Notes: generated by a model not told the origin, from the letters alone. A stretch of DNA of 64,000 nucleotides from an uncultured Planctomycetota bacterium (GCA_963849325.1 CAWKHF010000012.1:224001-288000), one strand, 5' to 3'. Positions 1-10,638 are shown, counted from the stretch's first letter. Numbers and translations: made by a program.

Positions 1-278
1 ATCGTGGGATTGGGCCGCTGGCCGGTTTCGAGTTTCGAGAGGGCGGATCGATCCATGCCGGTTAACTGGGTCAGGTCGGCCAGGCTCAGACCGCGCTCTT
101 CGCGTGCAGCCTTCAACTGTCCGAGCAGCGTTTCCAGTTCGCCGAAGGCCGTCATGCGCTCGTGATGCCGGTCGATCAGTTCCGGCAATTCCCCCGCGAC
201 CTGATCCCGAATCGCGCGGTACCTGGCAGCTTCCTCCGGCGTGAGGTGCCGGTTGCGGTTGATGCGACGCATGGTCAT
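1..278 (-). CDS. XRE-family helix-turn-helix protein, putative antitoxin (runs off window start)
   Basis: Manual translation from ATG 278: MTMRRINRNRHLTPEEAARY...LKAAREERGLSLADLTQLTGMDRSALSKLETGQRPNPT, a typical XRE HTH. ATGA overlap with the stop of the upstream gene. Confidence 0.8.
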   Translation of the reverse strand, partial: MTMRRINRNRHLTPEEAARYRAIRDQVAGELPELIDRHHERMTAFGELETLLGQLKAAREERGLSLADLTQLTGMDRSALSKLETGQRPNPT

Positions 279-541
279 GACCGATGTTTCCTCGGGACTT
301 CGTAGGCGGTCACCGGATAAACGGTGTCCGCATCGACCTCTTCATACACCACCATCACGTGTCGGCCCGTGCTGGTATCTCCGAACACCACAGGTCGCCC
401 GGATGATCGGCTGACGTCTGCGTCCGTCGCTTTCTGGAGTACCTCTTCGACCTCTTCTTTCGTAATACCGTGCTCGGCGCAGTACTGCACGTTGCCATCC
501 GGGTCGTCATCGAGATCCCAGAGAATCGCATCAAATGACAT
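275..541 (-). CDS. Small BrnT/DUF4258-like putative toxin
   Basis: 88-aa ORF with WD..N...HGIT.EEVEEV...G.T..GR.V.VVY......PVTAY pattern, directly upstream of and coupled to the XRE gene. Confidence 0.65.
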   Translation of the reverse strand: MSFDAILWDLDDDPDGNVQYCAEHGITKEEVEEVLQKATDADVSRSSGRPVVFGDTSTGRHVMVVYEEVDADTVYPVTAYEVPRKHRS

Positions 542-560
542 GACTCTTGGTTCCCTGGGA

Positions 561-599
561 TGTAGTATTATAATACCACAATCTCACCTGGGAAGTCAA
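561..599 (-). promoter_or_regulatory. Sigma70-like promoter of the TA operon with overlapping palindromic operator
   Basis: Minus strand TTGACT-N18-TATTAT with extended TG. Near-perfect 20-bp palindrome tgtagtattataataccaca (561-580) covers the -10. Confidence 0.55.
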
Positions 600-624
600 T
601 GAATGATGCTCTCGCCGGGGTCAA

Positions 625-1737
625 TTATCCCCAAACGACGCGCAAAACCAGCGTGTCTTCGTCCGCCGGTTCCACGGTCAGCGTGCCACCGAGCTGCCGC
701 AAGAGCGACTGCCCGGCCTGACGGCCGACCTCATCGAGATTGTCCCACAGCACCACCTGGGCCGGTGGCGCGCCGCCCTCCTCGCTCAGACCCGCCGGCG
801 CCTCCGCCATTTCCACGATCAGCGCGGCGCCGTCCGGTCGCTTCTCCGTCCGCAGCCGCACCGCCGCCTTCGTCCCGGCGCACACGCCCTCCAGAATGAG
901 GCGAACGAGTTGCTTGACGGTGCTGCGCGTCCTCGAGATCGACGGCGATTCCGCGTCGAACTGCATCGAGACGCGACGGCGCAACTCCGGCTCGTCCGCC
1001 ACGACCTCGACGACGATGCCGTTCAGATCGACCGCGTAGGACTTCTCGCGCCGCTCCTGGACGACGTGCTGGAGCGAGCGGACCAGCGCCGCCGCCTGCG
1101 CCCCGTGCTGGCGGATGGCGGACAGTTCCTGCCGTGTCTTCTCGTCCACGCGCAGCTGGACCACCGAGGTTTGCAGCATCATACTGTTAAGCGCGTTGTT
1201 CAACTCGTGGGCGAGGCCGACCAGCGCCTGACCCAGCAGCGCGAATCGCGCCAGCTCCGTTTGCTCGCGGCGCATCGTCTCCACGGCCCAGCGCAAGGCC
1301 GTCGCCGGAGCGGCCACGGCCAACAGCGCTTCGGCCCGTGCCACTTCCTCCTTCAACGTCCCTTCGGGCAGGGCGATCGCCAGGAAGCCGCGCCGGCGCT
1401 CCTCCTCGTGGATGGCCGCCGCCAGCGTCCGCACGCCGGACACAGCGGGCAGCGTTTGCACCCCCGTGGCCAGAGTGTCCAAGGATGCCAGTTGCGCGCG
1501 CCACGCTTCTTTCCGCTCCGAACCGGATGTGTCCTTTTCCGGGCGAACGGACAGACAATCGACGCCCTCGCCGCGGAGCAGGCAGGCGGTTCGGACGGCT
1601 GCGGGGAGGAGTTCGAGCAGCAAATCGGCGAGGCGGGCGGCGCGTTCCTCCGGCGCGGACGATTGCCGCAACAACACCGTGATGCCTGCCTGGCAGCGGC
1701 CCAGCAGGTCGGCCAAATCGGAGGAGGGGCCATTCAT
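625..1737 (-). CDS. Histidine kinase-like protein with intact H-box and degenerate ATPase domain
   Basis: Likely start MNGPSSD (1737). GAF-like N-terminus and H-box LAHELNNALNSM. No recognisable N-box Asn or DxGxG motif; only the ..LGG.LTV tail remains. Confidence 0.65.
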   Translation of the reverse strand: MNGPSSDLADLLGRCQAGITVLLRQSSAPEERAARLADLLLELLPAAVRTACLLRGEGVDCLSVRPEKDTSGSERKEAWRAQLASLDTLATGVQTLPAVSGVRTLAAAIHEEERRRGFLAIALPEGTLKEEVARAEALLAVAAPATALRWAVETMRREQTELARFALLGQALVGLAHELNNALNSMMLQTSVVQLRVDEKTRQELSAIRQHGAQAAALVRSLQHVVQERREKSYAVDLNGIVVEVVADEPELRRRVSMQFDAESPSISRTRSTVKQLVRLILEGVCAGTKAAVRLRTEKRPDGAALIVEMAEAPAGLSEEGGAPPAQVVLWDNLDEVGRQAGQSLLRQLGGTLTVEPADEDTLVLRVVWG

Positions 1738-1749
1738 GAGCAAATCCCT

Positions 1750-1800
1750 CCGAGCCGGAAGCAGAGACGAAGAGTGTCCTTGCTTACGCCTCCGGCTCGG
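1750..1800. repeat. REP-like palindrome (ccgagcc family)
   Basis: ccgagccgga...tccggctcgg arms, similar to 8013-8070 and 36894-36945. Confidence 0.6.
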
Positions 1801-2093
1801 GTTGGTCCATTTTGACCGTTCGTTCTTTGCATCTACCGTGCCGCCCAGCATCACCCAGCCGAACGCGCAACCAACCGAATCCGCTCCATTGGCATCGCGG
1901 TTGCCTCTCATTCTAGTAGCTGCGGGACGAGGCGTTGGTGTCCGCGAAGTACGGACAGTTCCATGACAGGAAACAGAGGGAGGCGGGCCTCCTTCGATCC
2001 GTCCGAGAAATCGGGCGAGGCTCTGGATGGACTCCAGGGAGGCGCAGGCGGCCGGTGGGACCACCGGCCGCCTGGTTTTTCGATCCCACCCTC

Positions 2094-3491
2094 TTACTCT
2101 TCCTTGAACGATTCCTTCTTGATGTTGTATTCGGCCAGCTTGGCGGAGATGCTGCGCCGCGACAGGCCGCAGATTTTGGCACATCGACCAACGTTGCCCC
2201 GGCTCTTTTTCATGGCGCGGGCCAGATAGCGGCGCTCCAGGTCGATGGTCACCTCGCGCAGCAAGTCCGGAAGCGGTTTGCTCAGATCGACCGCCGCCCC
2301 GCCGTCGCTGGAGCGGACGTGCAGGACTTCCAGGGGCAGATCCTCCGCCTGAATGCTCGGACCTCGCGCCGTGACGCAGGCGCGCTCGACGGCGTTCTCC
2401 AGCTCGCGGATGTTACCCGGCCACGAGTGGTTGAGGAGCTTTTCCATCGCCTCGGGCGCGAACGTCTTCGGCGCGTCGTTGGGCCGAGCGTGCTTGCCGG
2501 CGAAGTGCGTCGCCAACAGCGGAATGTCCTCGGGACGATCGCGCAGCGGCGGCAAGTCAATCTTGACCACGTTGAGCCGATAGTACAGGTCCTCGCGGAA
2601 CTTGCCCTTCTTGACCAGTCCCGGTAGTCCGCGGTTGGTGGCCGCGATGACGCGCACGTCCACCTCGATGCTGGCCGTCCCGCCGACGCGCTCGAAACAG
2701 CGTTCCTGGAGCACGCGCAGCAGCTTGGCCTGCATCGGCATCGGAATGTCGCCCACCTCGTCCAGAAACAGCGTACCGCCGTCGGCCTGCTCGAAACGAC
2801 CCTTGCGCTGGCTGACCGCTCCGGTGAACGAGCCTTTCTCGTGGCCGAACAGTTCGCTCTCCAGTAGCGTCTCCGGCAGGGCGGCGCAGTTGACGGCCAC
2901 GAACGGGCCGGAGCGCAGTTCCGAGGAGGCGTCGTGAATGGCCCGCGCCACCTGCTCCTTGCCGGTGCCCGTTTCCCCTTCGATCAGTACCGTCGTCGTC
3001 GTCTGGGCCACACTGCGGATCAGTTCGAAGACCGCGTGCATCTTCGGGTTGACGCTGAGCACGCCGCGAAAGGCGTACTGGTCCTGAAGACGCTCGCGCA
3101 GCTGCAAGACCTCGTCCTGTAGGGTCCGCTCGCGCAGGATGCGCTCGACCACCAGACGCAAGTGCTCCGGCTCGACCGGCTTGGCCATGAAATCGTAGGC
3201 CCCCATGCGCATGGCTTGAACGGCATGGTCAATGCTCCCAAATCCGGTCATGACGATGACCGTCACGGGTAACTTGCGTTCCTGAATGCGTTCAATGAGC
3301 TTCATGCCATCCAGGCGGGGCATCTGCAAATCGGTCAGCAGGATACTGTACTGATGCTCGCCCAGGGCGCGGAGAGCGGCCTCGCCATCGCCGACGGTAT
3401 CGACCGTGAACTGCCCTCCCGCCTCCAGCAAAGTCCGCAGTTGCTCGGAAGTGGCCTTGGAATCCTCGGCGAGCAGAATTCGTCGTTCCAT
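2094..3491 (-). CDS. Sigma54-dependent response regulator (NtrC/AtoC family: REC-AAA+-Fis HTH)
   Basis: Start MERRILLAEDS. REC (LTDLQMP), Walker A GETGTGKE, ESELFGHEKGSFTGA, Walker B LFLDEVG, FREDLYYRLNV, WPGNIRELEN, C-terminal HTH. Confidence 0.95.
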   Translation of the reverse strand: MERRILLAEDSKATSEQLRTLLEAGGQFTVDTVGDGEAALRALGEHQYSILLTDLQMPRLDGMKLIERIQERKLPVTVIVMTGFGSIDHAVQAMRMGAYDFMAKPVEPEHLRLVVERILRERTLQDEVLQLRERLQDQYAFRGVLSVNPKMHAVFELIRSVAQTTTTVLIEGETGTGKEQVARAIHDASSELRSGPFVAVNCAALPETLLESELFGHEKGSFTGAVSQRKGRFEQADGGTLFLDEVGDIPMPMQAKLLRVLQERCFERVGGTASIEVDVRVIAATNRGLPGLVKKGKFREDLYYRLNVVKIDLPPLRDRPEDIPLLATHFAGKHARPNDAPKTFAPEAMEKLLNHSWPGNIRELENAVERACVTARGPSIQAEDLPLEVLHVRSSDGGAAVDLSKPLPDLLREVTIDLERRYLARAMKKSRGNVGRCAKICGLSRRSISAKLAEYNIKKESFKEE

Positions 3492-3607
3492 TGCGACCTC
3501 GCACGACAAAGGTGAGAACCTATTTGCATGGTAATGGGCAAGGTTATGCTTGACAAGCGCCTGCCGAGTTCGGGTCGCTTCCTTATCCTCTTGTCGTCCC
3601 GCCGGTT

Positions 3608-3624
3608 TTGGCATCAACTGTGCA
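3608..3624 (+). promoter_or_regulatory. Putative sigma54 (-24/-12) promoter
   Basis: TTGGCATCAACTGTGCA: GG at 3610-11 and GC at 3622-23 (GG-N10-GC), ~80 nt upstream of the DUF1328 gene. Confidence 0.55.
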
Positions 3625-3702
3625 GAGTGGTTTAGCATAACCCGGACCATTCCGGCCCGGCTCGTGTCCTCGCTCCCTTCCTCGAACGGATTGGGGATTG
3701 CC

Positions 3703-3894
3703 ATGTTGCGCTTGGCCTTGCTCTTGCTGGTGACCGCCTTGGCGGCGGGTTTCTGTGGTTTTGGCCTGGTCGCGGACCTCTCGTTCGCGGCGGCGCGACT
3801 GCTTTTCGGGGTGTTCCTCCTGTTGTCCGTGCTCGCCTTCGCCGCCGGCCTACTCGACGAGCACTCGGTTGACGGGCGATGGCTGGAACGCTGA
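3703..3894 (+). CDS. DUF1328-family small membrane protein
   Basis: MLRLALLLLVTALAAGFCGFGLVADLSFAAARLLFGVFLLLSVL matches the two-TM DUF1328 pattern. Confidence 0.75.
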   Translation: MLRLALLLLVTALAAGFCGFGLVADLSFAAARLLFGVFLLLSVLAFAAGLLDEHSVDGRWLER

Positions 3895-4033
3895 GGAGAC
3901 TTCTCGTTCTCGCCTGCGACCTTGGTTCCCATGGAGAGGTCTGTTCTTGCTTCGTTGGTCGTGTCCAACCATCCGCAGGGCTGTCGGAGGCTGGCCATCC
4001 GGATCGCCCGAGCGATCCGGCAGGAGTACCGTG

Positions 4034-4438
4034 ATGGCAACGATCCTGCTGGTCGAAGATCATCCGATGAACCGGAAGTTGGTCCGCGACATCCTGCTCT
4101 TCCAGTTCGAGGTGGACGAGGCCGGCTCCGCCGAGGCAGCGCAGCAATATCTGCAAACCAACCGCCCCGACCTGATCCTGATGGACATTCAACTGCCCGG
4201 CATGGATGGCCTGACGTTGACGCGGCAACTCAAGGCCGACGCGGCCACGGCCGACATCCCCATCGTCGGCCTGTCCGCGCATGCCATGACCCGCGACGTG
4301 CAAATGGCCCGCGAGGCCGGCTGCGTGGATTACATTACCAAGCCCATCACGGACGATCCGTTCACGTTCCTGGAACGCATCGCCGGCTCCCTGACAGCGC
4401 ACAACGGTCAGTCGGAATCAACTTCGTCGCGATCCTGA
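4034..4438 (+). CDS. Single-domain response regulator (DivK-like)
   Basis: [13 protein letters not shown]...[15 protein letters not shown]...SAHAM...YITKP; RBS aggag upstream. Confidence 0.9.
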   Translation: MATILLVEDHPMNRKLVRDILLFQFEVDEAGSAEAAQQYLQTNRPDLILMDIQLPGMDGLTLTRQLKADAATADIPIVGLSAHAMTRDVQMAREAGCVDYITKPITDDPFTFLERIAGSLTAHNGQSESTSSRS

Positions 4439-4466
4439 TGCGTTGCGCCTCGCCGGGAGCACGGTC

Positions 4467-7261
4467 ATGAGCGCACGATCTTTGCCCCTTAACTCGCTGC
4501 GGGCGCGGCTGCTTATTGGCATTGGCTTTCCGCTGGTGCTCTTCGGCGCCATCGCCGTTGTCGCCCTGAACATGCTCGACCGCTTGCTGACGGCGATGGC
4601 CCTGGAGAACCACAGCCACGCCGTCATCCTGCAAGGCGTCAAGCAGCAGGAAGCGCTGCGGCGCCTGCGCCTGATCGCCCGCTATGGTCCCGTCCTCCAG
4701 CCGGTCCTGCTCCAGCAAGATTCCGAGGACAATCGTCGCGGCTTCCTCGACGCCAACACGGCCGCCCTGGAGTTGGTGCAGAACGATCCCCAACAGAGCG
4801 AGCGCCTCGACGACGTGCGGCGGCTGGAGGCGGAATGGCATCAGCTGGTGCGACGGCAGTTCTGGCCGCGACCCGCGCGGCCGCAACCGCGCGAGGAGGA
4901 CGTCGCCAGGGACCGCCCGCTCGACCCCACCCTCTTCGCTCGGCAGAACGAGTATTATCAGCAGCAGATCGACGAACGGCTCCGCGGCTTCATCGCCATT
5001 GAGGAGGAACGGCTGGAGCAACGTCATCGGCATGCTGTGGAGCTGAGCACGCAGAGCGCCTGGACCATCGGCGTCGGTCTGGCCGTGGTCGTTGTCATCA
5101 CGGTGCTCGTTGCCTGGCGCGTCTCGGCGAGCGTGACCCGGCCGGTCGATCGCCTGCGCCGGGCCGCGCGACATCTGTTGACCGGCTCGTTCCGCATGGA
5201 GCCGCCCCGGGGGCCGACCGAGATCGCCCAGCTGATCGTCGATTTCAACCAGATGGGCCTGTCGCTGAGCGAGCGCCATCTCCGTCCGCGCGAGCAGGAG
5301 GAGGGCTATCGCCAGTACGTCATCGCCACGGCCAACCTGACCTGGCGTACCGGCGCCGACGGCCGAGTGGACAACGACATGGCCTCGTGGCGTGCCTTCA
5401 CGGGACAGACGGTCGAGCAGATGCGCGGCCTGGGTTGGCTCGATGCCATCCACCCCGACGAGCGCGAACAGGCCCGCGCGCATTGGCTGCACTGCGTCGG
5501 CACGCGCGGCCGCTACGAGATCGAGTATCGTTTGCGTTCCGCCGCCGGCATCTACCGAACCTTTCTCGCTCGCGCCGTGCCCATCGTCGGGCCGGACGGC
5601 GCGGTGCGCGAATGGATCGGCGCCTGCCTGGACGTGACGGAGCGGGCCGAGATGGACCGGCTGCGGCAGGACAAGGAGGCCGCCGAGGCGGCCACCCGCG
5701 CCAAGAGCGAGTTTTTGGCCAAGATGAGCCACGAGCTACGCACGCCGCTCAACGCCATCATCGGCATGTCACGCATGCTGACCACGCAGCGCTTTGGCCC
5801 GCTGACCGACAAGCAGGCCGACTATCTGGGCGACGTCATCGGCGCCGGCGAACACCTGCTGGCCCTCATCAACGACATCCTCGACCTGGCCAAGATCGAG
5901 TCCGGCGCATGGAACTGCAACCGGAGGGCTTTTCGGTTCGCGCCGCGGTGACGGCCGTCGTCTCGACGCTGCGGCCGTTGGCCGCCCCCAAGGACCTGCC
6001 GCTGCACGTCGAGCCGGCCGAGCCGGATGGCGAGATCGCCGCCGACCCCGCGCGCTTCAAGCAGATCCTGTACAACCTGCTGTCCAACGCCATCAAGTTC
6101 ACGCCGCGCGGCTCGGTGACAATCCGATGTCAGTGGATAGACCGCGCCGGCCGCGATGCCGTCCCCGTCGCCGAGCCGTCGGCGTCCGCCCTGCGCGTCG
6201 AGGTGATCGACACCGGCATTGGCATCGCGGCGGAGGACCAGTTTCGAGTCTGGGAGGAGTTTCGCCCGATTCCGTCGGCCGCTCAGCAGGTCGGCGCCCT
6301 TTCCGGCACCGGCCTGGGCCTGGCCCTGTCGCGCCAACTGGTGCAGCACATGGGCGGCACCATCTGGATGGAGAGTGCGCCGGGCCAGGGCAGCACCTTC
6401 GCCTTCGTCCTGCCGCGCAAATCAGAAGAAGGGACTAGGGAACAGGGACTAGGGACTAGAGAAGAAGCTTCTTCTCTAGTCCCTAGTCCCTGTTCCCTAG
6501 TCCCTCTTCCGACGATGGCCCTGGTAATCGAGGACTACCCGGCCACCCACAAGCTGCTGGTGGACTGGCTGCGCGAGGCCGGTTTGGCCACGGCGTCCGC
6601 CTTCGACGGCGAATCCGGTCTGCTCCAGGCCCGCCGACTCATCCCGAACCTGATCGTCCTCGACCTGCAGCTGCCCAGGCTCGACGGCTGGCAGGTGCTC
6701 ACTGCCTTGAAGCAGGATCCGGCGACGGCCGCCATTCCGGTCGTGATCGTCACCGCGACCGAGGAGCAGGCGCCGCCCAGCGGCCTGAGCGTGCAGGAGT
6801 TCTTCGTTAAGCCCCTGCACCGCGAGGATTTCTTTCGCCGCCTCCGCGCCGCCCGCCCCGGCCTGTTTGATCGGTCTCAACCGTTCAAGGTGCTACTGGT
6901 CGATGATGAGCCAGCCGACCGCAAACTGATGGCCGACCTGCTGGCCGCCGAGGGCGGCGAAGTACTGACCAGCGCCAACGGCAAGGAAGCCATCGAGCGC
7001 TTGCGGGACGTGCGGCCGGACCTCGTCGTGCTCGACCTGATGATGCCGGAGATGGACGGCTTTCGCGTCGTCGAGGAGGTTCGCGCGCGGCCGGATCTGC
7101 AGGACGTACCCATTCTAATCGTGACGGCCAAGGATTTGACCGCGGACGAGCAACGGGCGCTCCAGGGCCGCATCCAGGCCGTGCTGGCCAAGCAGAAACT
7201 GACGCCGGAGAAGTTCTACCAACACCTGTCCGCCCTAGGCCTGCTTCGCCGCGACAGCTAG
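4467..7261 (+). CDS. Hybrid sensor histidine kinase (TM-HAMP-PAS-HisKA-HATPase-REC-REC), one frameshift near 5908
   Basis: Joins ORFs 4443..5951 and 5387..7261. [37 protein letters not shown] and two receiver domains. KIESG|RMELQ is broken by one missing base. Confidence 0.9.
6430..6505. repeat. Perfect 76-bp palindrome of heptamer units inside the kinase CDS
   Basis: agggactagggaacagggactagggactagagaagaag followed immediately by its exact reverse complement. Confidence 0.9.
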
Positions 7262-7321
7262 ACGCGCAATCTGGATGAATGACCGCGCCGCCGGCATCGG
7301 TGAGGACGTTCGGGCGAAGCA

Positions 7322-7960
7322 TCAGTTCTGGCGGCGTCCGCCGGCGAGCGGAGGCGCTGTGCCGGAAAGCTCGGCCAGATCCTCCATGTATTCGGCGCAC
7401 TGCTGCCGCACGCGGGCCAGGACGCGCGAGGCGTTGACTTTCACGGCATTGGCGGTCAGGCCCAGCTCGGCGGCGACCGAGGCGCTGGGCCGGCCGCGCA
7501 GCAGACGCTGCTCGAAGCAGGCCCACGTGTTCGGCTGCGAGTTGCCGCGCACCCTTGCCAGCACGACTTCCAGGACGCGCTTGCGGTAGGAGTCGGACCA
7601 TTCGGCGTCCGGCTCGACGTCCGCTGCGGCGGGCTGAGACGCCAGGCGTTCGCGGTAGGCATCCTCCTCGCGCGCCTGCCGCTTGCGAGCGCGGGCCCAG
7701 TCGGCGATGGCGTTGCTCGTCACCTGCCATAGCCAGGTGCGGAAGCGGCCACGAGAGCGGTCCAGCTGGAAGTCGGGCAAGACGCGGTGCAGCTTGGTGA
7801 AGATTTCCTGCACCACGTCCCGAGCATCGTGCTCCTGCAATCCCTTGCCGCGAACATAGGCCAACAGCAGCGGCTCGTACAGGGAGCAAAACTCGTCCCA
7901 ACTCGCTCGGTCGGCGGGGTCGTGGAGGCGCTGGAGTAACGTGCTGCGTGTTTCCGTCAT
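7322..7960 (-). CDS. ECF RNA polymerase sigma factor
   Basis: TRSTLLQRL...WDEFCSLYEPLL...DARDVVQEIF...GRFRTWLWQVT; region 4 SVAAELGLTANAVKVNASRV. Confidence 0.9.
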   Translation of the reverse strand: MTETRSTLLQRLHDPADRASWDEFCSLYEPLLLAYVRGKGLQEHDARDVVQEIFTKLHRVLPDFQLDRSRGRFRTWLWQVTSNAIADWARARKRQAREEDAYRERLASQPAAADVEPDAEWSDSYRKRVLEVVLARVRGNSQPNTWACFEQRLLRGRPSASVAAELGLTANAVKVNASRVLARVRQQCAEYMEDLAELSGTAPPLAGGRRQN

Positions 7961-8012
7961 GATCGTATAGTCTACTTGTCGAGGGCTTCTTTTCGCCAGA
8001 GAAAATCGAACT

Positions 8013-8070
8013 TCCGAGCCTGAAGCGTAAGCGAAGAGTATCTCTTCTTCGCTTACGCTTCAGGCTCGGA
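8013..8070. repeat. REP-like palindrome (ccgagcc family)
   Basis: tccgagcctgaagcgtaagcgaaga / tcttcgcttacgcttcaggctcgga, perfect 25-bp arms. Confidence 0.8.
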
Positions 8071-8078
8071 GGGGTTCA

Positions 8079-9068
8079 TCAAGCGTCGTACTGCTTGCGG
8101 AAGTTTTCGTAGGCCAGCCGGTAGGCCTTGACCGCGGCCTCTTCCTTCTTGGCCAACTGTCCCAGCAGCTGGTTGATCTTCGTTACCACGTCGGCGGGAG
8201 CGACTTTGCCATCCTCGATCAGCGCCACGACCTCGGCCAACTCGTTGGTAAAGAAAGCTTCGTCGGCCTCCAGCAGCCGCAGGTAGGCATCCAGCAGTTC
8301 GCGCACCACCGGAGCGTTCGGCACGTCGAGCGCCTTCATCGACTCGCGGACAGTGCGGACGGTTTGCAGCAACTTCTCATGGGCCTTCTTCAGCCGCGAG
8401 CGATCGACCGGCCGACCGTCGGAGACCGGATTGAGTTCCCGGAGGAACTCCTGGAACGCCTCGCGTACCTTGCCGTGCAGCGTGTCGATCTTATCGCGGA
8501 AGGCGAAGGCGGCCTTGCCCTCGGCGGTCCAGACGCCGGTCTTCCAGAATGCCACCGTGTCCTTGACGTGTCCGACCATGTAATCGAGGGCGGTGCGAAG
8601 GTGGTTCGGCGTGATGCCGTGGTTGCTCACCGGCATCCACAGCCACAACTCGCCCGACGGCGTAATCACGAACTTGGCCGTTCCGACCTGGGCGTTGAGC
8701 TTCACGATCTTGAGAAGCGCCTCGGCCATGATTTTGTCGTCGGCGGGGACGCGGCCAAGGTACGATTCGATCCAGACCACCGAGCGGTCGGGGCTGAGCA
8801 ACACCGTCAGGTAGATGGTCCAGCCATCTCGTTTCACACAGACTTCGTACATTTTTCGGCCGTCGCTGAGCGGTGTGATTTTTCCCGGCTCGTAGCCGAG
8901 ACCGCGCAGCATCTGCAACAGGATCTCATCGGTCAGCGGCGCTCCCGGCTTGACCTCGGCGCCGGCGGTCGGCGCCCCGGGCAGGGGGGTCGGCCCGTCC
9001 GCCAGAACGCAGGACGTCATCAGGCCCAACAGGATGCCCGGCAGCAACAACTTCGTCAGACGCAACAT
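8079..9068 (-). CDS. Secreted hypothetical protein (YbjN/chaperone-like domain plus helical C-terminus)
   Basis: Start MLRLTKLL with a signal peptide; LSPDRSVVWIESYLG...LLKIVKLNAQVG..KF pattern resembles the YbjN fold. Confidence 0.55.
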   Translation of the reverse strand: MLRLTKLLLPGILLGLMTSCVLADGPTPLPGAPTAGAEVKPGAPLTDEILLQMLRGLGYEPGKITPLSDGRKMYEVCVKRDGWTIYLTVLLSPDRSVVWIESYLGRVPADDKIMAEALLKIVKLNAQVGTAKFVITPSGELWLWMPVSNHGITPNHLRTALDYMVGHVKDTVAFWKTGVWTAEGKAAFAFRDKIDTLHGKVREAFQEFLRELNPVSDGRPVDRSRLKKAHEKLLQTVRTVRESMKALDVPNAPVVRELLDAYLRLLEADEAFFTNELAEVVALIEDGKVAPADVVTKINQLLGQLAKKEEAAVKAYRLAYENFRKQYDA

Positions 9069-9247
9069 TGTTTGTCCCCTTTTGCTCGGGGCCTCTCCCC
9101 AGGACGCCCAGCGCCGGAAGAGGCCGGCCACGTATCAAGGACCGCGGCACGACCATCGTCCGCGGACGGATGGAAGAGTTCGATTTTCTTCCACCGCTGA
9201 TACGCGGCCGGGTGGCAAAGGTAACAGGGAAAAGTGCGCAGCCAACG

Positions 9248-9279
9248 AAAAAGCCGCCCGGATGGAAAGTCCGGGCGGC
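9248..9279 (-). terminator. Rho-independent terminator
   Basis: Minus strand gccgcccgga-ctttcca-tccgggcggc followed by TTTTT. Confidence 0.7.
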
Positions 9280-9311
9280 CGGCGAGGACGGACGAAGCCG
9301 CTAGGGAGGCT

Positions 9312-10635
9312 CAGTAGTTTCCGGTTCGGGCTGAGGGAGGAGGGGTGAGGGAGACAATCGCAAGGCTCCTCCTGAGAATGACTTGTACCACCAAGGACAT
9401 TCCAGGAGGGAGCCATGCGACAACGGCAGTATACACTCACCCCCGCCCACGTCCACGCCCACGTCAGCGCCCGGATGCAACAATATCTCCGCCTGGCTGA
9501 CCACGGCCCCCGCTGCCGAGCCGATACCCTGTGGGCCGTCCTCTGCTACGCCGCCAGCCGCATCATCTCTCTGGCCGCCGCCTGCGCCGCCCTCCGCGAC
9601 GCGCCCTCCGACACCGCCGCCCACGACGCCCTGCTCGCCACCCTCCCTGACTACGCCGAACTGCAACGCCGCCTCAACCGCGCCCTGCAAGGCGACCTGC
9701 CCCACGCCTTACGCCGACGCCGCCAGCCCTTGGCCATCGACTTGGTGCTCATCCCCTACCACGGCAGACCCCTGCACCACGCCAACGAGGTCTACCGCAG
9801 CCAAGCCAAGAGCGGGCACCAGCCACTTCCACGCCTACGCCACCGCCTACGTCATCCAGAAGGGCCGACGCTTCACCGTTGCCCTCACCCCGGTGGCCCG
9901 CCACGACGCCATGCCGGAGGTGCTCAAGCGGCGGCTGCGTGAGGCGGCGCGGGCCGGCATCCGCCCGCGTTATCTGCTGTTGGACCGCGGCTTTTGCAGC
10001 GTGGACGTCATCCGCTACCTGCAGAATGCCCGCTACGCCTGGTTGATGCCGTTGGTGCTGCGCGGCCAAGGCCGACCACCCCAAGGGACCGTCGGGCAGC
10101 CGGGTTTTCGCCGGCCGCAAGCGTAGCGGCTGGGCCGAGTACACGATGACCAACGCCGCCAAACGCCGGGCGCGGTTCCGGGTGTGTATCAAGTGTCGCA
10201 ACCGTCGCGGCGAGCGGGGGCGGCATGGCCGTGAGGCGTTGGTGTATGCCTTCGGCGGGCCGTTGCGTCCGTCGTCGTACACGTGGGTGAAGGAGACGTA
10301 TCGGAGTCGGTTCGCCATCGAGACGAGCTACCGTCAGATGCACCAAGCGCGGATTCGGACCTGCACGCGCGATCCGCTGCTGCGTTTGTTGTACGTGGGG
10401 GTGGCGTTGCTCTTGCGCAACGTCTGGGTGTGGTTGCATGGGCAGGTGTTGGCGCATCGTCAGCGAGGCGGTCGGCGGATCAATCTGGGGCGTTTGAGCT
10501 TTCGCAAGATGCTGGTGTGGTTGCAACACTGGGCCGAAGCACGCTTGGGTATCCACGATGAAATCGCCACGGAACATCGGATGTATGAATGAGTTGGGGC
10601 ATGGTATCATGATTCACACTCACCGGAAACTACTG
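9312..10635 (+). mobile_element. ISH3-like insertion sequence, 1,324 bp
   Basis: 14-bp terminal IRs cagtagtttccggt / accggaaactactg; 5-bp target duplication AGGCT at 9307-9311 and 10636-10640. Confidence 0.9.
9415..10592 (+). CDS. DDE transposase (ISH3/IS4 superfamily), frameshifts near 9815 and 10065
   Basis: LAIDLVLIPYHG, LLLDRGFCS and YRSRFAIETSYR motifs distributed over three frames. Confidence 0.85.
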
Positions 10636-10638
10636 AGG

